Part shown: in pieces, positions 29,143 through 37,372 of the stretch | Position numbering within the stretch: the first letter of the stretch is position 1 | Layout: every line of letters starts with the position of its first letter | Source: Candidatus Falkowbacteria bacterium | GTDB taxonomy: Bacteria > Patescibacteriota > Patescibacteriia > JAACEG01 | Length of the DNA stretch: 64,000 nt | Assembly (NCBI GenBank): GCA_018651725.1 | Contig: JABIDK010000014.1 | Coordinates: 6,625 to 70,624 of the forward strand | Direction: 5' to 3' | The notes under the pieces: model-generated | What the model was told of the DNA's origin: nothing | What the model saw: only the letters and a program-made list of their open reading frames with translations | The model's database searches: none | Position numbers and translations under genes: made by a program

Positions 29143-29170
29143 ATAAAACCGCCAATAATGGCGGTTTTAT
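29143..29170. terminator. Bidirectional terminator
   Basis: ATAAAACCGCCA-ATAA-TGGCGGTTTTAT between convergent genes. Confidence 0.75.
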
Positions 29171-29201
29171 TATGTTTAATTTGATAAATAACAAATTACC
29201 C

Positions 29202-30221
29202 TCAATGAACAACTCTCCCAATTTCTGATTGTGTGTCGGGTAAATCATGCTTCTTTTCATATTCTTTTAAAGCATCTTGTATTTCAAAAACATTACCATT
29301 ATGCTCATTCATGTCTATTCCATATTTTTTTGCCACCCCATACATTTTTAAAGCTGTTTTAATATTATTAATATCTCTTATATTTATTGAGTCCGCGTCT
29401 CCAAAATTCAAACCAAATTCTTCCATTCTGTCATCCAGCTCTTTTGCCTCTATAATTAACTCGGCATCGCTGCCTGGGTATGTGCCAAAACCGGTCCATC
29501 TTTTTCTTGCAGCATTATGTATATTATTTGCAGAAACACCTCTTTCTGTTAACCCAATAATTCCAGCTGCTATGTTAACTCTCTCTTCTTCTTCTTTAGC
29601 TTTTACTTCCTCAATACTGTCTCTTACCTCGTTATTGCTCATACCTTTAGAATTTATTCCTCGCAACTCAGCCTCTTTGATTAATTCATGCTCTCTTATG
29701 GTATTTTGTAGTTCTCTTCTTGTTTTACCGGAAACATCAATGTTATTTTTAGCAGCATATTTAATTTCATCAATATACCGATAGAAGCTCTTTAACTCGT
29801 CAAATGCCTTATCGTAAAAATTAGTATTTGATTCATATTGTACTGGTTTTCCTTGCTCTCTAAACACTCCTCTCATTTCTTTTTTTTCGTCATCTGTTTC
29901 AGCTGATTCATAATCTTTATTGGTTACTCGTATATCTCTTCGATCTTTCAGTTTTGACAAAAAATTTTCAGTTAAATGTATCTGCACATCTAGCAATATT
30001 TTGTCTTGCTCGGCTTCCTCCATATTTTTAGTAATGAAATCCAATATTTCTTTTTTTCTTTTTTCTGTTATGTCTTCCTTGATTATTGAAAATTGGCTAT
30101 TGAACATGCTAGCCATTTCACGAGCTAATTCTTCGTCTTTTATTCGACCAGCGTCTTCAGGAGATGTGTCAATGGTGTTTTTTATAACTTCTTTTGGTGT
30201 AATATTTAATTTTTCTGACAT
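29202..30221 (-). CDS. Acidic helical orphan protein with internal ~23-aa repeats
   Basis: 339-aa ORF; repeated A..[G/N]I...G.....[L/V/I]...I units. Confidence 0.75.
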   Translation of the reverse strand: MSEKLNITPKEVIKNTIDTSPEDAGRIKDEELAREMASMFNSQFSIIKEDITEKRKKEILDFITKNMEEAEQDKILLDVQIHLTENFLSKLKDRRDIRVTNKDYESAETDDEKKEMRGVFREQGKPVQYESNTNFYDKAFDELKSFYRYIDEIKYAAKNNIDVSGKTRRELQNTIREHELIKEAELRGINSKGMSNNEVRDSIEEVKAKEEEERVNIAAGIIGLTERGVSANNIHNAARKRWTGFGTYPGSDAELIIEAKELDDRMEEFGLNFGDADSINIRDINNIKTALKMYGVAKKYGIDMNEHNGNVFEIQDALKEYEKKHDLPDTQSEIGRVVH

Positions 30222-30536
30222 ATTTTTTTATTAATAGTTATTATTTTTTATATATAATATTATACCAAGTGATAAAAAAATTGCAATATTTCAGAAAATC
30301 AAAGCCCTAATTTTTTCTCAGGTTATTTCATGTGTAGATTGATTAATTTATCTACATGCTCAAGTAATCCTCGGGTGCGTTCAGTATGTTGATTAATCAT
30401 TTTTTAATATATTATTTTTTCTTACTATTTTTACTGTCTGTTAAGTTTCCCATGTCTCGAGTTACATCTTAATAATGGCTACAAAAAAGAAAAGGAGTGA
30501 CTGAAAAGTCGCTCCTTTTTTGTTTTTTTAGGCAGA

Positions 30537-30752
30537 TTAGCCACACGAGTCGCTTGGATCGTTAGCCTCACAAATTTTGCATATTATATTATACACTATC
30601 ACCTTTCGTGGTTCCTGTGTTAGCCCCCATGTTTCGTTTTTTCTTTTCTCGCACTGAATTAAAAATTGACACCCAATACATGATTTCCATTTTTCGTTAA
30701 GCTTACAGCCAATTATTTTTTTACATCTTCTACAATACATTAGGCTGTCCAT
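30537..30752 (-). CDS. Small Cys-rich (probable Zn-binding) orphan protein
   Basis: 71 aa, three CxxC pairs plus three further Cys; SD AAGGAGGG; TTGACA at 30841-30846(-); terminator ~30490-30521. Confidence 0.7.
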   Translation of the reverse strand: MDSLMYCRRCKKIIGCKLNEKWKSCIGCQFLIQCEKRKNETWGLTQEPRKVIVYNIICKICEANDPSDSCG

Positions 30753-30934
30753 TTTGCCCTCCTTTTTGACGGTTTTTATATATAATATAAGTACCTATAA
30801 AGATCAAACATTTGATTTAGCATAGCAATAATTAGCTAATTGTCAAGGTGAAATTGTTGAATTTAGTAAATTTGCTTTTTTCTTTTTGCTCTGTTAAAAT
30901 AAATAAACATTTAATTTTATTTAATATTTATATT

Positions 30935-31486
30935 ATGGGAGACTTACAAAATCCAAAAACAGAGAGATTAAGTTGGGATGAAACTTTTATGAATTTGGCG
31001 CTTCTTATTTCAGAGAGAACAGCCTGCAAGTTTCATTCAGTTGGAGTTGTTTTTGTTGGTGAAAACCATCGAATTATTTCTTTGGGATATAATGGCCCAA
31101 CCGAAGGAGATTATCATTGTATCGATGTGGGGTGCGCTAAAGTAGACGGTGATCCAAAAACCGGAGAATTAAAAAAGTGTCGAGGAGCACACGCAGAAGT
31201 TAATGGAATTATTAACGCTCAAGATACCAGGCGACTGCGCGGAGCAACAATGTACTCCACCTTAACACCATGTTATGATTGCATGAAGGCGTTAAACAAC
31301 GCTGGGATAAGAGAGATTGTATATTTTAAAGAGTACGAAAGAATAAAAGAAGGCGGAAAAGAAACTGTGAAAGAGGATGAAGTTTGGGATCTAGCCGAAC
31401 GCCGCGGAATAAAAATAAGAAAATACGACGGCAAAACACTTTTAAAAATAGAAGAGCATAATTTATCATGTCCGGGATGCAAATAA
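30935..31486 (+). CDS. dCMP deaminase (ComEB family)
   Basis: SWDETFM, GYNG, HAEVN, PCYDC zinc motifs. Confidence 0.9.
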   Translation: MGDLQNPKTERLSWDETFMNLALLISERTACKFHSVGVVFVGENHRIISLGYNGPTEGDYHCIDVGCAKVDGDPKTGELKKCRGAHAEVNGIINAQDTRRLRGATMYSTLTPCYDCMKALNNAGIREIVYFKEYERIKEGGKETVKEDEVWDLAERRGIKIRKYDGKTLLKIEEHNLSCPGCK

Positions 31487-31501
31487 AAATATTTTAAACA
31501 T

Positions 31502-32050
31502 ATGATCTTAGGAATAAAAAAACTTCACGAATTAGTGAAAAAACAAAAATTAGTAGAAAATTTATGTGACCGGGAATTAAACAATCCGGAGGGAGCCGGA
31601 TTTGATTTACGAATGGGTGAGGTTTATGAATTAGAAGGAGATGGATTTCTAGGAGTTGAAGAAAGAGATACGCCCGAAGTAAAATTGGTTGCGAAAGACA
31701 ACCCGGAATTATCTGAGAAAGAAAATAGCTTTGTTTTTGAGCCTGGAAAATATTATTTAATCAAGACAATGGAGAAAGTTAATTTACCAACAACTTTATC
31801 TGGAATAATTTTTCCAAGAACAACATTATTTCGCTCCGGTTTAGGGTTATTCAACGGCATAGTCCAGCCCGGCTACTCCGGAGAACTAACATTCGGAATC
31901 CGTAATTTAGGAAAAAGCAATATTAACGTATCATTCGGCGCACGTGTTGTACATATTACTTTCCAAGAAGTCCTAGGCGAAGGCAATCAATACAAAGGAC
32001 AATGGCAAGGCGGTCGAGTAAGCACTGACGGACAAGAAGTGCAAATTTAA
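31502..32050 (+). CDS. Trimeric dUTPase / dCTP deaminase family protein
   Basis: GFDLR, PRTTLFRSG, QPGYSG, YKGQWQG; catalytic positions are atypical. Confidence 0.8.
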   Translation: MILGIKKLHELVKKQKLVENLCDRELNNPEGAGFDLRMGEVYELEGDGFLGVEERDTPEVKLVAKDNPELSEKENSFVFEPGKYYLIKTMEKVNLPTTLSGIIFPRTTLFRSGLGLFNGIVQPGYSGELTFGIRNLGKSNINVSFGARVVHITFQEVLGEGNQYKGQWQGGRVSTDGQEVQI

Positions 32051-32156
32051 GCGGAAATATATAAAAAAATGTAAAAAATATCTCGACAAACTCTAAAAAC
32101 ACCTATAAAATGGAGCTAAGAGGGTAAAAAATAAGATTTTTATTTAAAAGTAATTT

Positions 32157-32903
32157 ATGGATTTTTATAACTATTTTAAAATTTACAAGAAAGAACTTAA
32201 AGTTGATCTAGAGAAGGAGTATCAGAAATTATTTAAAAAAGGTGAGATTGACTTTAATTATTTAATTGAAGCTTCGGCTGTTTATTCTTCTAATATTGAA
32301 GGAAACTCAATGGATTTGAATTCTTTTATGAACTCTAAAGGGTTAAAAGTCAAACAAAGGCCTAAAGAATTTGTTGAAATTACAGACTTGGTAAAAGCTT
32401 ACAATTTTTCTCAAAAATATAAATTAACTGAAAGTAATTTTTTAAAAGCTCATAAAATTTTAAGTAAAACTTTTTTGGTTGAATCAAGACAAGGCGTTTA
32501 TCGCGAAGAAAAGGTCGGTGTTTTTGATTCAGGAGGCTTGGTTTATTTGGCAGTAGAACCGGAAAATGTAAAAAAGGCAATGAAAGATTTTTTTCAAATG
32601 ATTAATGATCTTTTTAAAAAAGAAATGACCACAAAAGAAGTATTTTTTTGGGCATCAATTATTCATTTACGCCTAGCTCATATCCATTCTTTCTCCGATG
32701 GTAATGGGCGAATAGCGCGACTTGCTGAAAAATGGTTTTTAGCCTCAAAGCTAGACGGGAGAGCGTGGGGTATTCAATCAGAGAAATATTATAAAGAAAA
32801 CTTAAACCAATATTACAAAAAAATAAATTTAGGAGTAAATTATTATGAGCTTAATTACGATAAGTGCATTCCATTTTTATTAATGCTGCCAAAGGCGTTT
32901 TAA
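32157..32903 (+). CDS. Fic-domain protein
   Basis: HSFSDGNGRIAR Fic motif; N-terminal SSNIEGN inhibitory motif. Confidence 0.9.
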   Translation: MDFYNYFKIYKKELKVDLEKEYQKLFKKGEIDFNYLIEASAVYSSNIEGNSMDLNSFMNSKGLKVKQRPKEFVEITDLVKAYNFSQKYKLTESNFLKAHKILSKTFLVESRQGVYREEKVGVFDSGGLVYLAVEPENVKKAMKDFFQMINDLFKKEMTTKEVFFWASIIHLRLAHIHSFSDGNGRIARLAEKWFLASKLDGRAWGIQSEKYYKENLNQYYKKINLGVNYYELNYDKCIPFLLMLPKAF

Positions 32904-33017
32904 ATTTACGGTGAACCCCTAAATTAAAAGATAATAAATATAGCTCTTTAAAATAGAATATTTATTGAAGGAATAAACAGGATAGAAAAACAATAACTTT
33001 TACAGGAGGGTTTATTA

Positions 33018-33656
33018 ATGAGTGATAACGAAATTATGGTTGTAAACACAGGAGCATTGTTTGGGGTCTTTAACCCTTGCCCTTTTAATGGGTTTATGGA
33101 TAACAGCATGACTTGTTACGAGCAAAGGATTTTAGATAATTTTGAATGGATGGACAAAGATTTGGCTGAAAAAAATCAAAGATACAAACAGCCGGTTGGA
33201 TATTCAGTTATTTGTAATCCGGAGCTACAAAAGATATTTGTTTATCAAAGATCATCTAAGGATAAAGAATATCCAGAGAAAAGACTCCAAGGCAAATGGT
33301 CGTGCGGTATTGGCGGTCATATTGAAAAAGCAGACTACACTTTTGCTGATCCAATATACGATAGCCTTACAAGGGAACTACTTGAAGAGGTTGAAATAAT
33401 GGGTCGCGAAAAAAAGCCTAAAGTTATTGGTTATATCAATGACGATTCAAACGACGTAGGCAAAGTTCATTTTGGTATTTTGTATGTTGTTGAGACTGAT
33501 GCAGAAGTAGCTAGGCCAAGAGATCCGGAGATCAAACAGGGAGGTATGATTTCAATTGATCGATTTAAAGCAAGATGTTCTTCTTCTCATTTCAAAGTTG
33601 AAAATTGGTCAAAAATTGCGCTAAAACCATTGTTGGAATATTTTGAAAATAAATAA
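33018..33656 (+). CDS. NUDIX-family phosphoesterase (COG4112-like)
   Basis: EKRLQGKWSCGIGGHIE, RELLEEV, GYINDDSNDVGKVHFG, ENWS. Confidence 0.85.
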   Translation: MSDNEIMVVNTGALFGVFNPCPFNGFMDNSMTCYEQRILDNFEWMDKDLAEKNQRYKQPVGYSVICNPELQKIFVYQRSSKDKEYPEKRLQGKWSCGIGGHIEKADYTFADPIYDSLTRELLEEVEIMGREKKPKVIGYINDDSNDVGKVHFGILYVVETDAEVARPRDPEIKQGGMISIDRFKARCSSSHFKVENWSKIALKPLLEYFENK

Positions 33657-33754
33657 TTCCTATTCCCTTTCCTTTTATGGGCGAGAGTTCACCTCGCCCC
33701 TTTCAATAAATATTTTATTTTTAAAAATAAAATCAAATAACTAACAACAATTTT

Positions 33755-34744
33755 ATGCATCCAGAATATCAATATCTTAATTTATTAAAAGACATTAAAG
33801 AGAATGGTTCTGATAAGAAGCTTTTTTTTACTCCTGAGGTTTTGGCTGAGTATGAAAAAAAGGAACAGGAACCACCCTGTATTCGATCTGTCTTTGGTAG
33901 GCAGATCCGGTTTGATTTGTCGCAAGGGTTTCCGCTTTTGACTACTAAAAAAACTTTTTTGCGTGGAATCATTGTGGAGCTTTTGTGGTTTTTGAAAGGA
34001 GATTCTAATATAAAATATTTAATAGATAATAATATCCATATTTGGAACGAGTGGACTTGGAAAGTTTATCATAAACATTGTTTGAAAAATGATCCTGAGA
34101 AAGATTTAACACAAGAAGATTTCATTGCGAAAATAAAAGAACTTCCGGAAACAGATGAGTTTGTTGTAAAATGGGGAGATTTAAAAGGTGTTTACGGAAG
34201 ACAGTGGCGAAGATGGCCGGCTTCTGATGGGCGAGAAATCGATCAGCTTGGTTGGGTGATCGAAGGATTGAAAACAAAACCATATCGAAAAAGTTATATG
34301 GTCTCAGCTTGGAACCCTGATTTTATTTATGCAATGGCCTCTCCCGGAAATGCTACCGAAGCGCCACCGGCTTGTCACACAGTTTTTCAATTAGCCGTTG
34401 TGAACGATAAATTAAATTTAGGACTTTACCAAAGAAGCGCCGACGCCTTTTTGGGAGTTCCTTTTAATATCGCCAGTTACGCACTTTTGCTTCAAATGAT
34501 TTCACAGGTTGTTGGAATTCCAGCCGGAGAGTTTGTTCATACCTTTGGGGATGTGCATTATTACTCAAACCATTTAGACGCTATCAACGAACAATTAAAG
34601 CGAGAACCAAAACCGTTTCCAACAATGAAGTTAAACAAAGATATAAAAAATATAGACGATTTTAAATACGAAGATTTTACTCTGGAAAATTATGAATATC
34701 ATTCTCCTTTACGAGCGGAAATCGCTAATATAGGAGGGTTTTAA
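33755..34744 (+). CDS. thyA: Thymidylate synthase
   Basis: FPLLTTKK, ELLWFLKGDSN, YGRQWR, VSAWN, PPACH, YQRSADAFLGVPFNIASY, GDVHYYSNH. Confidence 0.95.
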   Translation: MHPEYQYLNLLKDIKENGSDKKLFFTPEVLAEYEKKEQEPPCIRSVFGRQIRFDLSQGFPLLTTKKTFLRGIIVELLWFLKGDSNIKYLIDNNIHIWNEWTWKVYHKHCLKNDPEKDLTQEDFIAKIKELPETDEFVVKWGDLKGVYGRQWRRWPASDGREIDQLGWVIEGLKTKPYRKSYMVSAWNPDFIYAMASPGNATEAPPACHTVFQLAVVNDKLNLGLYQRSADAFLGVPFNIASYALLLQMISQVVGIPAGEFVHTFGDVHYYSNHLDAINEQLKREPKPFPTMKLNKDIKNIDDFKYEDFTLENYEYHSPLRAEIANIGGF

Positions 34745-34747
34745 AAT

Positions 34748-35218
34748 ATGTTATCAATTATTTGTGTAATCGGAAAAAATCGAGAAATAGGTTTTCAAAA
34801 TAAACTTCTTTGGGATATTCCTGAAGATATGAAGCATTTCAAAGATGTTACTTTTGGGTGTACTGTGATTATGGGAGATAAGACTTTTGAGTCAATTGGA
34901 AAGGCTCTTCCGGGACGAAAAAATATTATTGTTACTCGAGATGAAAATTATAAAGCTGAAGGTTGTGAAGTGAGCAACTCCTTGGAAGATACACTTACTT
35001 GGGCAAAAGAACAAGACAAAGAAATTTTTGTTATTGGCGGGGGGCAGATTTATAAACAATCATTACCTTGGGCAGATAAATTATATTTGACTTTAGTTGA
35101 GGACGCTCCGGAGGCCGATACTTTTTTCCCGGATTTCTCAGGGTTTAAAGAAATAAAAAGCAGTGAGCAAAAAGAACACAATAAAATTAAATTTAGATTT
35201 GTGGAGTATGAAAAATAA
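34748..35218 (+). CDS. folA: Dihydrofolate reductase
   Basis: IGFQNKLLWDIPEDMKHFK, LPGRKNI, VIGGGQIY, ADTFFP. Confidence 0.95.
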   Translation: MLSIICVIGKNREIGFQNKLLWDIPEDMKHFKDVTFGCTVIMGDKTFESIGKALPGRKNIIVTRDENYKAEGCEVSNSLEDTLTWAKEQDKEIFVIGGGQIYKQSLPWADKLYLTLVEDAPEADTFFPDFSGFKEIKSSEQKEHNKIKFRFVEYEK

Positions 35219-35768
35219 AAAAATATTTGCCGTGGTAGGTATGACCGGCTCAGGCAAAACAGAGGTGGTTAAATATCTGCAGAAGAAACTTGATTGCGGA
35301 AAAATTTATTTTGGAGAAATTACTTTTGAGCGAATGAAAAGAGAAAAGATTGAGGTAAGCTATAAAAATGAACAGATTATGAGAGAAAAAATAAGAGCTG
35401 AAAAAGGAATGGGAGCTTACGCAGAGTTATCTTTATTAAAAATAAAAAAAGCTTTAAAAGAAAATGATGTAGTTGTTGTTGAAAGTTTATATAGTTGGAG
35501 TGAATATAAAATTATTAAAGAAAAATATCCAAATAATTTTCAGGTAATTGCAGTGCATGCCTCACCAAAGATAAGATTTTTACGTTTAAAAAATAGAAAA
35601 AACGAAAGACCAATGAAAACCAGAAAAGAATTTATTACCAGAGACTTTAGTGAAATTGAAAATATAGAAAAAGGTGGACCAATCGCCAGGGCTGATTATA
35701 TGATAGTTAATGAAGGAAGTTTAAAAAAGCTGTACGCAGAACTTGATAAAATCTTATGTCTTACGTGA
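35208..35768 (+). CDS. P-loop nucleotide kinase (dephospho-CoA kinase / UPF0200-like)
   Basis: GMTGSGKT, RDFSEIE...GGPIARADYMIVN; ATG 35208 overlaps the folA end. Confidence 0.75.
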   Translation: MKNKKIFAVVGMTGSGKTEVVKYLQKKLDCGKIYFGEITFERMKREKIEVSYKNEQIMREKIRAEKGMGAYAELSLLKIKKALKENDVVVVESLYSWSEYKIIKEKYPNNFQVIAVHASPKIRFLRLKNRKNERPMKTRKEFITRDFSEIENIEKGGPIARADYMIVNEGSLKKLYAELDKILCLT

Positions 35769-35849
35769 AGAGATAAAAAAATTTCTAAGGTTGCCGAAAG
35801 GGCAACCTTATTTCTTGTCAGCTTATTTTTAATGTGATAGTCTCAAAAT

Positions 35850-37367
35850 ATGAAATACGATGTAATTATTGGGATGGAAATTCATGCCCAATTAAAAACT
35901 AAATCCAAGATGTTTTGCAACACATCTAATAACGGCGAGAACATGGCGCCGAATACCGCTATTTGTGAGGTTTGTACCGGTCAGCCCGGGACTTTGCCGG
36001 TAATTAATATGCAGGCAATTGAGTGGACGGTTTTAACCGGTCTGGCTTTGGATTGTCAGATTGCCGAGCAAACTAAGTTTGATAGAAAAAATTATTTTTA
36101 TCCGGACTTGCCAAAAGGTTATCAAATTTCACAGTACGATCAGCCTATTTCTTTTGATGGTTTTCTTGAAATAAATGAACAAAAAATTAAAGTAATCAGA
36201 ATTCACTTGGAAGAAGATACCGGCAAACTTTTGCATCCGGAAAATACTAACTATAGTTTAGTTGACTACAATCGAGCCGGTACGCCTTTAATGGAGCTTG
36301 TAACTGCCCCGGATATAAAAAGCGCTGAAACAGCTAAGAAATTTTGCCAAGAGTACCAAAAAATACTTCGTTATTTAGATGTGTCTGATGCAAATATGGA
36401 GAAAGGGCAGATGCGTTGTGAGGCTAATATATCCCTGCAAGAAAAAGGAGCATGGGAGCGAAAAGGTGATGAAATAGTTCCGAAGAAAGGTTGTAAGTTA
36501 AACGCTAAAATTGAACTTAAAAATATAAACTCTTTCAAAGCAATGGAGCGAGCCGTGAACTATGAAATAAAAAGACAGACAAAAGTTTTAGACGAAGGAG
36601 GAGAATTATTGCAGGAAACAAGAGGGTGGAACGATGCTAGCGGGAAAACCTATCATCAAAGAATTAAAGAATCAGCTCATGACTATCGCTATTTTCCGGA
36701 GCCTGATTTGCCACCGCTTGATTTAAAAGAAACAAAAGAAAAAATAAAGAAAGACCTACCTGAGCTTCCGCAAGAAAAAGTAAAAAGGTTTGTCGAAGAG
36801 TATGGCTTTATTAAAACGAACGCTGAGTTGATTGCTGAAAATAAAGATTTAGCAAATTATGTTGAGAAGGTTATTTCAGAGTTAAAAGCCTGGCTTGTAT
36901 CTTTACCGGAAGTTGAAGGTAGTAACGATGAAATTTTTGAACAAAATAAAAAGAAAATCGCTAAATTGGTTTCCAATTGGCTTATAAATAAACTCGGAGG
37001 TTTAATGAGAAATGGAGATGACTTGAAATCAAAAATTACCCCGGAAAATTTTGCTGAATTTTTGACTTTAATTCATCAAAATAAAATCAACGCAACCTCT
37101 GGAATGAAAATTTTGGAGATAATGTTTAACAAAGGCGAAGACCCATCACAAATTTTAGAAGAAGGAGACTTTGATCAAATTGAAGACAATTCTGTTTTAG
37201 ATAAAGCTATTAAAAAAGCTATTGCAGACAACCCAAAAGCAGTTGAAGAGTATAAAGGAGGAAAGTTAAATGCTATCCAATTTCTAGTGGGTCAAGTAAT
37301 GAAAGAAACAAAAGGAAAAGCCCAACCACAGACCGTCAAGGGAATATTAGAAGATAAATTAAAATAA
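35850..37367 (+). CDS. gatB: Asp-tRNA(Asn)/Glu-tRNA(Gln) amidotransferase subunit B
   Basis: IGMEIHAQL, FDRKNYFYPDLPKGYQISQ, HLEEDTGK, DYRYFPEPD. Confidence 0.97.
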   Translation: MKYDVIIGMEIHAQLKTKSKMFCNTSNNGENMAPNTAICEVCTGQPGTLPVINMQAIEWTVLTGLALDCQIAEQTKFDRKNYFYPDLPKGYQISQYDQPISFDGFLEINEQKIKVIRIHLEEDTGKLLHPENTNYSLVDYNRAGTPLMELVTAPDIKSAETAKKFCQEYQKILRYLDVSDANMEKGQMRCEANISLQEKGAWERKGDEIVPKKGCKLNAKIELKNINSFKAMERAVNYEIKRQTKVLDEGGELLQETRGWNDASGKTYHQRIKESAHDYRYFPEPDLPPLDLKETKEKIKKDLPELPQEKVKRFVEEYGFIKTNAELIAENKDLANYVEKVISELKAWLVSLPEVEGSNDEIFEQNKKKIAKLVSNWLINKLGGLMRNGDDLKSKITPENFAEFLTLIHQNKINATSGMKILEIMFNKGEDPSQILEEGDFDQIEDNSVLDKAIKKAIADNPKAVEEYKGGKLNAIQFLVGQVMKETKGKAQPQTVKGILEDKLK

Positions 37368-37372
37368 AAAAT

